Assembly: GCA_016180035.1 (NCBI GenBank)
Contig: JACPCA010000008.1
Span: forward strand, 1-48,250
DNA from: Candidatus Woesearchaeota archaeon
Lineage (GTDB): Archaea; Nanobdellota; Nanobdellia; Woesearchaeales; UBA12501
Reading direction: 5' to 3'
DNA: 48,250 nucleotides
The first letter of the stretch is position 1, and each line of letters starts with the position of its first letter. Below the pieces are notes generated by a model that had not been told where the DNA came from, did not search any database, and saw nothing but the letters and a program-made list of their open reading frames with translations. The position numbers and the translations under genes were made by a program. Of the stretch, positions 17,540-25,976 are shown one piece after another.

Positions 17540-17931
17540 GGTTTAGGGGTGATATGATGAACAAGGCGCTTTTCGCGCTTCTTGTCTCCAAGCTTGAGCT
17601 CGGTGATGAGGAGATTGGATGCGTGAAGCGGGGGAACGACGCGCGAGCCGTCTTTCCTGATGACTTCTATCCCAGTCACATACACTTTTGAGGTGGACAG
17701 ATTTACCCTGTCAACGGTTCCTGTGTGTCCCTTGTACTGGCCGCGCACGACCTTGACCTTGTCTCCGCTGCGAAGCAGGACTGATCTCGTCTTGTATTTT
17801 GCCCGCAGCTCCTTGGACAGGTGGCAGCCGAGATGCTTGCGAAGCGTGTGAAGCGGAGCGTTGTACCTGTATTTTCTCTGCTTTCGCGGCTGCGTGCTCG
17901 CGATCCAGTGGGATGACCATTCTTTGTTCAT
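17536..17931 (-). CDS. rpl24: 50S ribosomal protein uL24
   Basis: RKQRKYRYNAPLH..GDKVKVVRGQYKGHTG (KOW). Start at the ATG 17931, preceded by GAGGA. The longer track ORF runs into the MITE. Confidence 0.9.
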   Translation of the reverse strand: MNKEWSSHWIASTQPRKQRKYRYNAPLHTLRKHLGCHLSKELRAKYKTRSVLLRSGDKVKVVRGQYKGHTGTVDRVNLSTSKVYVTGIEVIRKDGSRVVPPLHASNLLITELKLGDKKREKRLVHHITPKP

Positions 17932-17943
17932 GTGTTCCTCAGC

Positions 17944-18207
17944 GGCTCTGTCTCGAATCTCCTTATGGGCGGTGCTGTTGCCAAGCGCCGTGCCCGATGT
18001 CCTAAGCGAATGCTCGGATACTTGGGATACGAGCGATTGGCAAGCGCGAACAGAGCGCAGCAGCACCGCCCATTTCGGGAGGGGAATGGCACTGCTGCGC
18101 TCCGTTCACCTATGGAATCGGCCATGAAACCGAGTCTTTCATTCATTGACGGGCAATGGATAACTGCACTTGGCAGCAGTGCCATTCCCGACATTCGGGA
18201 CAGAGCC
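17944..18207. mobile_element. MITE-like element, family I, copy B, inserted in the rpl14-rpl24 spacer
   Basis: TIRs GGCTCTGTCTCGAAT (17944-17958) and ATTCGGGACAGAGCC (18193-18207), 14/15. Perfect 9-bp direct repeat TTCCTCAGC at 17935-17943 and 18208-18216. Confidence 0.8.
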
Positions 18208-18333
18208 TTCCTCAGCAGTGCGGTTATTGGCGCATCACATTCGATAGTGGATGATTTTTTATTGTTCATTTTTGATTGTTCAATGATGCCCTTTTTGATT
18301 GTTCGATAATGCTCTAGTTGATTACATAATCAA

Positions 18334-18735
18334 TTATACAATGATGCTGGCAAGTTTTGCTACTGCAGGCCATCGGTCACATGCTTCCTTGGCGATAGGG
18401 CCTTGGAGCTGGGTTCCCTTAGGATTTCCTTTATCATCCTTGAGGATGACGATGGAATTGTCTTCGAACTTGATCCTCATGCCATCAGGCCTGCGGTATT
18501 CCTTGCGCTGGCGGACGATGATGCCATACACCGCGGTTCCACGGACATCCGCTTTTCCTTTCTTGACCGAAACCATGACCAAGTCGCCGACGCCAGCTGC
18601 CTGGATCCTGCCGCGGACTGTCTTGTGGCCCTTGACCATGAACATGCGGACTTCCTTGGCGCCTGAATTATCACAGGGCTTCATGTAGCATCCGACTGGG
18701 ATTCCTCTGGTGACTTTTGACTTGTGCGCTTGCAT
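18334..18735 (-). CDS. rpl14: 50S ribosomal protein uL14
   Basis: 133 aa. DNSGAKEV..GDLVMVSVKKG..RPDGMRIKFEDN motifs. Confidence 0.95.
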   Translation of the reverse strand: MQAHKSKVTRGIPVGCYMKPCDNSGAKEVRMFMVKGHKTVRGRIQAAGVGDLVMVSVKKGKADVRGTAVYGIIVRQRKEYRRPDGMRIKFEDNSIVILKDDKGNPKGTQLQGPIAKEACDRWPAVAKLASIIV

Positions 18736-18766
18736 GGATCATCACTTGGTCATTGGTGCTTATCGC

Positions 18767-19258
18767 TTATTCTTCCGAAGCCACGGCTTCCTTGCCTGCT
18801 TTCGCTTTTTTTCCTTTCTTCTCTTCCTTGCCTGCAGCAGCTTCAGCTTCGGTGCGCTTCTTGCCGGCGAACTCATGCTCGACAAAGCGGACATGAGATG
18901 CCTTGACTTTTTCGATGATGACAAAATGCTTTGTCTTGCTCAGCGGCCGTGTTTCAGCGATTTTCACCGTGTCTCCTTTTTCAGCGTGGATGCAGACAGG
19001 ATTGTGGACTTGGAGCTTTGTCATCCGTATCCCGTATCTCTCAAATTTTCGGATGTGATACCTTCGTTCCCAGCCTACCGTGGCAGTCTTTGCAGCTTTG
19101 ACCGATAGCACATTGGCAGTGAAGATCCTGCCTCGAAGGCTGATCCTCCCGTGGAAAGGGCAATGCTTGTCCTGGCAAGGAGATGCTGGAAGCGTTTCTG
19201 TTTTGATCCCGATGTTGTGGGTTGCTTGTTTCATGGTGATGAGGTTGGTGATTCGCAT
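18767..19258 (-). CDS. rps17: 30S ribosomal protein uS17 with K/E/A-rich tail (alternative start 19234)
   Basis: CQDKHCPFHGRISLRGRIF..GDTVKIAETRPLSKTK. Confidence 0.9.
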   Translation of the reverse strand: MRITNLITMKQATHNIGIKTETLPASPCQDKHCPFHGRISLRGRIFTANVLSVKAAKTATVGWERRYHIRKFERYGIRMTKLQVHNPVCIHAEKGDTVKIAETRPLSKTKHFVIIEKVKASHVRFVEHEFAGKKRTEAEAAAGKEEKKGKKAKAGKEAVASEE

Positions 19259-19374
19259 TTTTTATTCGCTGCGCTTTCGTATCTGTTTATTTCCTGTTTA
19301 TTTCACATTTGTCTCCGGTTTTTGGTATGCATTACCTCTCGTTTATGAACACATCGCTTATGATTGCGTATCGT

Positions 19375-19638
19375 TTATGGACGCCCTGTCTTGGCTTTCG
19401 CGTGAAGGCGCTCATCCGGCCTTCCATCGAGCAGTGATCCTTGGATGGCCGCACTGCCATTCACGGTGATCGTGACCTGCGACTTGATCAGCCGCTTCTG
19501 CCCTGCGCCTTCCTGGACAATGATGGTGTGCTTTGACTCGTCGATGACGCGCCCTTCAATCCCGATGAGGGATCTGTTGTTGGAATCAACCACGCGAATG
19601 GCTGACCCCAGCAGGATGATGGAAGCAGGCTGCTTCAT
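19375..19638 (-). CDS. rnp1: RNase P protein component 1 (Rpp29/Pop4)
   Basis: 87 aa. LIGIEGRVIDESKHTIIV Sm-like core. Conserved position between sui1 and rps17. Confidence 0.8.
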   Translation of the reverse strand: MKQPASIILLGSAIRVVDSNNRSLIGIEGRVIDESKHTIIVQEGAGQKRLIKSQVTITVNGSAAIQGSLLDGRPDERLHAKAKTGRP

Positions 19639-19650
19639 GCCGCACCGTTC

Positions 19651-19959
19651 TTACTGGACATCGATGGTCTCTGGCGCAAATCCAAGTTTGGCCAGCAGAG
19701 GCTTGACTTTCTGCTTGTGATCGCCTTGCAGCTCAATGATCCCTCCCTTGTCCGTGCCGCCGCAGGCAAAGGAGCTCTTGAACGTCTTCAGCAGGTCTTT
19801 CATGTCGATCTGCTTGCCGTCAATCCCTTCAATGATCGTGTACATCTTTCCAAATTTTCTTTTTTCAGAGCTGACAATGATGCGGAGGCTTTCTTTGGCG
19901 ATGGACTCGCACACGCAAAGGTCCTTTGGGAGGCCGCAGATGGCGCAGATGGTACTCAT
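19651..19959 (-). CDS. sui1: Translation initiation factor aSUI1 (eIF1 homologue)
   Basis: CAICGLPKDLCVC zinc knuckle plus SUI1 fold (KFGKMYTIIEGID..LKTFKSSFACGGT). Confidence 0.9.
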   Translation of the reverse strand: MSTICAICGLPKDLCVCESIAKESLRIIVSSEKRKFGKMYTIIEGIDGKQIDMKDLLKTFKSSFACGGTDKGGIIELQGDHKQKVKPLLAKLGFAPETIDVQ

Positions 19960-19962
19960 GCT

Positions 19963-20280
19963 TTAGTTTCCTCTGCTCTGCAGCTGTGGTTTCTTAGCTT
20001 CTTTCGCCGCTGCTGGAGCTGCTTGATGATGCTTGTCTGATACTGACTTTGGCGTGGACAATGGTGTGGATAATGATGCTGTCTTTCCGGACTGCTGGGT
20101 CCCGAGCGTGTGCAGCCTGGCGATGGCCCGCCGGATGTTTCGCAGCTGCATCGGATTCTTGGGCGGTGTTCCTGTTGCAGACTGTGCTTTCAAGACAAGA
20201 TATTCCTTACGAAGGTCTTGGATCTTTGCGGGAATCTCTGCTAGCTTGAGCTCCTGCAGGCTTTTCATCGCGCGAGTCAT
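19963..20280 (-). CDS. rpl29: 50S ribosomal protein uL29 with C-terminal extension
   Basis: LRKEYLVLKAQSATG..NPMQLRNIRRAIARLHT. Confidence 0.85.
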   Translation of the reverse strand: MTRAMKSLQELKLAEIPAKIQDLRKEYLVLKAQSATGTPPKNPMQLRNIRRAIARLHTLGTQQSGKTASLSTPLSTPKSVSDKHHQAAPAAAKEAKKPQLQSRGN

Positions 20281-21233
20281 GGTTGGCCACCTGCAGAGGC
20301 GGCTGTATCAGCTATCGCTGCGGTATTATCTATCGCTGCTGCGGGAACCGCTTCTTTCATGTCTTTCGTTTCTTTTTTCTTCCGTGGCTGTTTCTCTGCT
20401 GCTTTTTCTCCTGGCGTTTCTGATGCAGGCTTGCCTTCTGATGCTTGCTTGTCTGCTTTTTTTCTGGAGCGTGATGGCCTTTTTGCTTTTGATGGTGACG
20501 CTTGCTCTGCTTGCGGAGCCTGTAACGCTTCTCCTGATGCATCTCGTACATCTCCTGCAGCCCTTACTTCTCCTGCGACAAGCTTTGATGGTGATGCGCC
20601 TAAAACGCTTCCTGATGCAGGCTGTTGAAGCTCCTCCGGAGCCCTTATCTTGACATCATCCGGCCTCTTGGTCGTCGGCGGCATGATACTGACCTGGATG
20701 CCGATGACGCCGGATTTCAGGAGCGCGGTGGCATAGGCATGATGGACGCCGCTGATGGCGATGTCGCCGCATTTCTTGAGATAGCCGCTGAAAAACCGCC
20801 ACGTCTTGGCGCGCATGCTTGGGACTTTGCCGCTGATGGTCACTTCAATCCCTAATGCCCCTGCTGCCATGACATCCGTGAGCACCTTGTGGGCGACTCC
20901 TTTAAATCGCTGGGAGCCGAAGCGCTCTAATGACATGGCGATCCGCTCTGCCACGATGCGGGCATCGAGATTTATATTCTCCACCTCTGCGATTTCTATC
21001 TGAGGATTTTCAAGCTGGTACTCCCTCTTCAAGTCTGTCGTGAGCTTCTTGATGTTTTGGCCTTTCCTGCCGACAATCATGCCAGGCCTTGCAGTATAGA
21101 CCACGATCTTTTCGCCAAGCGGCGTGCGCTGGACCTTGATGTGGCTGAGGCCGCTATTCTTGAGATCGCCAGCTATATATTCTTGGATCTTGAGTTCCTT
21201 CATCCGCTGCTCAACAATTTTTCTCTCGATCAT
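20277..21233 (-). CDS. rps3: 30S ribosomal protein uS3 with ~120-aa low-complexity tail
   Basis: KH-domain N-terminus (VVYTARPGMIVGRKGQNIKKL) and uS3 C-domain, then an A/S/K/E-rich tail. Confidence 0.9.
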   Translation of the reverse strand: MIERKIVEQRMKELKIQEYIAGDLKNSGLSHIKVQRTPLGEKIVVYTARPGMIVGRKGQNIKKLTTDLKREYQLENPQIEIAEVENINLDARIVAERIAMSLERFGSQRFKGVAHKVLTDVMAAGALGIEVTISGKVPSMRAKTWRFFSGYLKKCGDIAISGVHHAYATALLKSGVIGIQVSIMPPTTKRPDDVKIRAPEELQQPASGSVLGASPSKLVAGEVRAAGDVRDASGEALQAPQAEQASPSKAKRPSRSRKKADKQASEGKPASETPGEKAAEKQPRKKKETKDMKEAVPAAAIDNTAAIADTAASAGGQP

Positions 21234-21249
21234 CGCTTGAGGCTCTCCG

Positions 21250-21828
21250 TTAATTTCTGATTAATTTCTGCTCTCCCTGCTGTTTGGCATTTGCACCAGC
21301 CGGAGCGCCAGCTGAATTGCCGGCGGCCTTGCCACTGATTTTGCCGACGGCCTTGGCAGCCGGAGCTGGTGATGAACCAGGATTGGCGGATTGCCGCGTC
21401 TCTTGAACAACCACTTCGATATGGCTCATCTTCATGACCCTGCCGCGCTGGCGTGAAGCATGATACTGTTTGGATGCCTTCTGTGCTGCAGCGTGGATGA
21501 CCATCAGGCGCGAGGTGTTCAGGCCCTTCTGCTGAGCATTTGCCTCGGCGCTGGACAGCAGCTGAAGGAAGCGCGTGCATGCCTTGACAGGATATCTGCC
21601 GGATGCCATGCCGTGCTTATGGCCAAGCCCGTTGGTGAATCGCCGGAATGGCACAGGGGATTTCTTGGCGATGGCTTTTTCCATGAGCTTCTTTGCAGCC
21701 TGGAGCTCTTTCTTTCTCAGGAACGAGCAGATCTCGATAGACTGCTTGAATGATATCGGCACGTCTTTGCTGGCGGCTCGCGCCATCGTGTCTGCATTGA
21801 ATCCCTGGAATGAATATGCTGTTGGCAT
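21250..21828 (-). CDS. rpl22: 50S ribosomal protein uL22 with A/G-rich tail
   Basis: MARAASKDVPISFKQSIEICSFLR..GRYPVKA motifs. Confidence 0.9.
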   Translation of the reverse strand: MPTAYSFQGFNADTMARAASKDVPISFKQSIEICSFLRKKELQAAKKLMEKAIAKKSPVPFRRFTNGLGHKHGMASGRYPVKACTRFLQLLSSAEANAQQKGLNTSRLMVIHAAAQKASKQYHASRQRGRVMKMSHIEVVVQETRQSANPGSSPAPAAKAVGKISGKAAGNSAGAPAGANAKQQGEQKLIRN

Positions 21829-21836
21829 CGTGTCAG

Positions 21837-22217
21837 TTACCTCACGGAAACGCTGGCGCTGGACCGCGTCGCTCCGATTCCTGGCGCAGAGTGGGCAACA
21901 CGCTGGCGGGTCATTGAAAATTCCCCGAGGCGGTGGCCGAGCATTTCTGGCAGGATCGTGATAGGGTTGAAGGTCTTTCCGTTGTAAATATTGATCGTGG
22001 CACCGACCATGGACGGAATGATGACCATGTCCCGAGAGTGCGTCTTCACCGGGCGTTTCAGCTGGAGCCGCTTCAGGACGGATTTCTGCTGTACGGAAAT
22101 CCCCCGCTTCAGCGTTCGCCGCTGCCGGGCAGGGATGAGCTTGATGAATTCTTCCAGCTGCATCGCCTTGAGCTCCTCAAGGGTTTTTCCTCGGTATTGG
22201 AATTCTTTTCGTGCCAT
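21837..22217 (-). CDS. rps19: 30S ribosomal protein uS19
   Basis: VKTHSRDMVIIPSMVGATINIYNGKTF..GHRLGEF. Confidence 0.9.
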   Translation of the reverse strand: MARKEFQYRGKTLEELKAMQLEEFIKLIPARQRRTLKRGISVQQKSVLKRLQLKRPVKTHSRDMVIIPSMVGATINIYNGKTFNPITILPEMLGHRLGEFSMTRQRVAHSAPGIGATRSSASVSVR

Positions 22218-22267
22218 GGTTAATCACAAGTTTATACAGTTGTTGTTTCAATTTTACCGTTGTTGTT

Positions 22268-23017
22268 TCAATTTGCTGCATTTTCTGGCGCAGTGGACGA
22301 GCCTGTTTTTCGCCCGGTCCTTCTCGGCCGGATCATACCGACCTTTCGCCCTGGCCCTGCATGCCGCGGCGCTGGGCGAGCCTTGGACTTCCTGCTCGTT
22401 CTCTTATTTCCGAACGGATGATCGACAGCGTTCTGGGCAGATCCTGAAATCTGAGGCCAGAGCTTATTTTTTGCTTTCATCTTGAAATATTTTGTTCCAG
22501 CGCGGAGGAAGGGCTTGTCGACCCTGCCGCTGCCTGAGGGGATGCCGATCATCGCCCTGCATTCAGGATGAAACGCTTTTTCTTTCTTGGACGGAAGCTT
22601 GACGATCACGCCGGCATCGGTCTTTCCGACAATGCGCGCGGTGACGCCGGATGCCCGGACATACTTTCCGCCGTCGCCAGGGATGCCTTCAATATTGCAG
22701 ACATCAAGCCCGATGGGGATGCTGCGGAGCGGAAGAGTATTTCCCAAGGTCGGCGCTGCTTCAGGGCCGGTCTGGACGAGCTCCCCGAGGCGCAGCCCTT
22801 CTGGCGCGATTGCCAGGCAGGAATCCCCGTCGAGATATTCGATCCTTGCAAGAGGAGAGGAATGTCCCTGGCAGTGGATAAGGTCGATGACTCTTCCTTG
22901 ATGGAGAGGGCTGCCGTCACTTGATTTATGGCATACCCTTCCGGCATAGCGGAATGATGGAGCGCGGTAGCGGGGTGATCCTTTTCCCCGTGCCTGGGAG
23001 ATGAGATTCTTTCCCAT
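22268..23017 (-). CDS. rpl2: 50S ribosomal protein uL2
   Basis: GGKYVRASGVTARIVGK..SGSAQNAVDHPFG motifs. Confidence 0.95.
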   Translation of the reverse strand: MGKNLISQARGKGSPRYRAPSFRYAGRVCHKSSDGSPLHQGRVIDLIHCQGHSSPLARIEYLDGDSCLAIAPEGLRLGELVQTGPEAAPTLGNTLPLRSIPIGLDVCNIEGIPGDGGKYVRASGVTARIVGKTDAGVIVKLPSKKEKAFHPECRAMIGIPSGSGRVDKPFLRAGTKYFKMKAKNKLWPQISGSAQNAVDHPFGNKRTSRKSKARPAPRHAGPGRKVGMIRPRRTGRKTGSSTAPENAAN

Positions 23018-23025
23018 AGTTCACC

Positions 23026-23298
23026 TTACATGAGCCCCATCTTAGTCGCAATGTCGATGGCAGGGCTGTCCTTGGCAAATGCCACATACGCTTTCTTCAA
23101 TCCTTTGCTGGTGATGCTGGTGTGGACGTTTGCCACGCGAACCTTGAACGATTCTTCCACTGCTTTCTTGATGAGAGGCTTGGAAGCCTGCAGGTCAACG
23201 ACAAAGATGAGCGTGTTTTCTGACTCCATCAGCCGTATCGTCTTTTCTGTCGAGAGAGGATACTTGATGACACTGGAGAGAGGGATGTCGGAGGTCAT
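23026..23298 (-). CDS. rpl23: 50S ribosomal protein uL23
   Basis: IKYPLSTEKTIRLMESENTLIFVVD. Confidence 0.9.
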   Translation of the reverse strand: MTSDIPLSSVIKYPLSTEKTIRLMESENTLIFVVDLQASKPLIKKAVEESFKVRVANVHTSITSKGLKKAYVAFAKDSPAIDIATKMGLM

Positions 23299-23316
23299 GG
23301 CAGTCAGGGTTCCTTT

Positions 23317-24222
23317 TTATCTTTTTTGATCGCTCACTTTTTTGTTTTGATTGGCGGAGGGGGTATCTCTTTTTTGATCGTCATTGCCAAGCCGTGATGG
23401 CGCGGTGGCCGGTGTCTTGGTGAACAACTGCTCTTTTGCTAACAATTCGAGAGCAGCTTGAGTGAATAGGGTTGCACGGCCGACAACAGCTCCTGGCGCA
23501 AGGAGGTTGGCGTTCAAGGAACGGACGTTGGCAACCTCGATGCCTGGAATGTTGATGGATGATCGTGAAAGGCTGCACTCGCCGCTGACAACGATGAGCG
23601 GGCCGTGCTTGGATCGGTACTTCCTGCCGCGGATCTTCCCCCTCGTCGGGCGGATGGATCTGGAAGAGACGCGCTGAAGCTCGCTGCCAAAGCCGAGGGC
23701 CTGAAGTGTTTTCGTGACATCTTTCGTCTTGGATAATGATTCTGCCCGGGTTTCCAGAGCAAACGGATATGTTGGAGGAACATGATGCCCCCGCTGCAGG
23801 ACCAATGGCTTGCTCATCACTGCAGCCATGGCTGACCGGATGGCCTTGCGTTTTTCCTGAAGATTTATTTTTTTTGAAAGGACTTTCCCTGCTTTCGGGG
23901 GGTGGGCTTCGCGGCCGCCGACAGTGCCTGGCGACAGGGCGCCAACCCAGTTCATGCGCGTTCCGCTCCTGCTCATGATCTTTCTTGGAACTCGTGAAAT
24001 GCCGATACCATAAGATGTCTTGTAATCACGCCGCCGACGGGAAATCTTGGCAGAGTGGCGCTGGCCAGCTCCCGGCATTGCGCCGTAGGGCTGGCGGGTG
24101 TTGGCCTGGATGGCCTCGACTGCCCGCTTGACAAGATCAGGACGGACTGGCTCCTGGAATTGTGAAGGAAGATCAAGGCTTCCTGCGCGGCTGTTAGTGA
24201 TGGTGAAGACGTCGAGTTTCAT
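23317..24222 (-). CDS. rpl4: 50S ribosomal protein uL4 with C-terminal extension
   Basis: RQPYGAMPGAGQRHSAKISRRRRDYKTSYG..VGGREAHPPK. Confidence 0.9.
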   Translation of the reverse strand: MKLDVFTITNSRAGSLDLPSQFQEPVRPDLVKRAVEAIQANTRQPYGAMPGAGQRHSAKISRRRRDYKTSYGIGISRVPRKIMSRSGTRMNWVGALSPGTVGGREAHPPKAGKVLSKKINLQEKRKAIRSAMAAVMSKPLVLQRGHHVPPTYPFALETRAESLSKTKDVTKTLQALGFGSELQRVSSRSIRPTRGKIRGRKYRSKHGPLIVVSGECSLSRSSINIPGIEVANVRSLNANLLAPGAVVGRATLFTQAALELLAKEQLFTKTPATAPSRLGNDDQKRDTPSANQNKKVSDQKR

Positions 24223-24299
24223 GGGGCTTCGAGTGTTGATTTTTAGCAGGTTTTTTGTGATGGGCGTTTTATGATAAGCTTATTGTTGTGGTGATACGT

Positions 24300-25289
24300 T
24301 TATTGCTGTGATGATGTGCTGATATATTGCACGGTTGGCGCTTCTGTTGGGATGGTATGATCAGGACGCATGGATTGGGTGAGGCGGACAAGGCGCTTCT
24401 TGGAGCCGGCAACAGATCCTCGAAGGAGAAGATACGGGCTCTTGACAAGGCCATAGCGCCCAATCCCACCTGCAGGATTGATGGCAGAAACATCAGAACT
24501 GATCTTGACGATGGGCTTGTTCCATTCTGTCCTGGAGTGATACCCCATCTGTCCTGCGTGGGCAACCCGGTACATCATGTGCTGCTGGCCGCGCCAGGCG
24601 CCAAGGCTTCCTGGCCCGCGCTTGGTCTTTTCTGCCTTGTGCTGCCGGATGGCAACGCCAAAGCGCTTGACTGGCCCCTGAAATCCTTTGCCCTTTGTCA
24701 CGGCGTGAACATCAACCTGCTGACCCTCTTTGAGGATATCCTGGACAGCCAGTTCTTTTCCAACAACAGACTTCGCATAGTCTGCCTGGGCCTGGACAGC
24801 TCCGGGCAGCGCGACTTCGAACAGGTCGGGTATTTTCTTGCCAAACCCGACGAGATTAGGCTGGGTGGCGACAAGAAGGTGGACTGCACAGATGCCGTCA
24901 AGAGAAACAGAAGGGAGGGAAGAAAGCGTGTCTTTTTTGGGGAGTGGAAGCCTCTTGCCCAACTCTTTCCCCTTGTCAGGCTTGGCAAACACTTCGGTCT
25001 TGACGCGCGTTCCCCACGCTGTCTTGGTGAGGAAACGGACGCCAACGACGTTGAGCGGTGGGCATTCGATAATCGTGACAGGGATACTGATCGGCTGGCC
25101 TTTTGTCTTGGATGTCTGGCGATTGTCTACCATAACAAGATGAGTCATGCCTGCCTTGTACCCGGCAAACTCGACCGGCCGCACCTCTTTTCCTTTGGCA
25201 AGAGAAGCATTGACTCGTGGATAGCTCCGTCTAGCTCGCTTCCGTGGCCAGTAAGCCATGCTTCCGTGACGTGGGTGGTGATGTCCCAT
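24300..25289 (-). CDS. rpl3: 50S ribosomal protein uL3
   Basis: PRHGSMAYWPRKRA..FAGYKAGMTH..GKGFQGPVKRFG motifs. First gene of the superoperon. Confidence 0.95.
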   Translation of the reverse strand: MGHHHPRHGSMAYWPRKRARRSYPRVNASLAKGKEVRPVEFAGYKAGMTHLVMVDNRQTSKTKGQPISIPVTIIECPPLNVVGVRFLTKTAWGTRVKTEVFAKPDKGKELGKRLPLPKKDTLSSLPSVSLDGICAVHLLVATQPNLVGFGKKIPDLFEVALPGAVQAQADYAKSVVGKELAVQDILKEGQQVDVHAVTKGKGFQGPVKRFGVAIRQHKAEKTKRGPGSLGAWRGQQHMMYRVAHAGQMGYHSRTEWNKPIVKISSDVSAINPAGGIGRYGLVKSPYLLLRGSVAGSKKRLVRLTQSMRPDHTIPTEAPTVQYISTSSQQ

Positions 25290-25976
25290 AAAATAGTGCC
25301 TGCTTCATGACAAACAGTGCGAAAAAGAACAAGCCGTGACACTTTTTCAAAAAAAAGCCCCAAATAAGGGTTTTTTCAGCAAAGAGCCTATTTTTGAAGC
25401 CAGTATTCTCAGAAAAAAGTTTATTGCTAAACTTGTACTGAAAAGACTCCTTTTCAGGCTTGGTTTTCCAAATCTCGCATTTAAACCTTCCAATAACGCG
25501 TTTAAATGCCCTGTTGCGTATTTTTGAAGAAAACGGGACCGATTTATAAAGATTGTGGTGGGGTGGGCTTTGTAGAAAAAGTCTTCTTAAATAGGAAGAA
25601 ATGTTGTGGAGGATGGCTCGGCTGTAGATTTGGCTTCGTTGATTTCTGATGTTGGTGGAGCTGAGGGTGCTGGAGTATTTGCTTTTGATGCTGGAATTGA
25701 TGGTTTCTGGTGAGGTAGGCTACTACTTTTGTTTCACCTGCTGGTTTCGCATTAATCTTTATTCTAAAATCTTGGCCTAAGACCCCGCTTTAGCGTCTGT
25801 TTTAACTGGGAGATACAGGCCAAAGCGCTTCTTTCATTGGAAAATTTGGAAGATGCGATAGCTCTCACCTACTATTCCAGGAAATTTCCACCTGCACTCA
25901 GGATAGGCGTGAAAAAGCAAGGAAAAGATTCAAACAGATTGTTGGTATTCGGACACCAAGATAAACTTCATTCTTA

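Noticed and set aside
17932-18066. 45-codon N-terminal extension of uL24 given by the track ORF (17536-18066).
   Set aside because: The extension reads through the MITE terminus and target duplication. Conserved uL24 sequence starts at the ATG at 17931, which is preceded by GAGGA.
25336-25527. 63-aa ORF in the long region upstream of uL3.
   Set aside because: It is K/F/L-rich low-complexity sequence that spans a palindrome and TATA-like strings. It has no RBS or promoter spacing and no motif.
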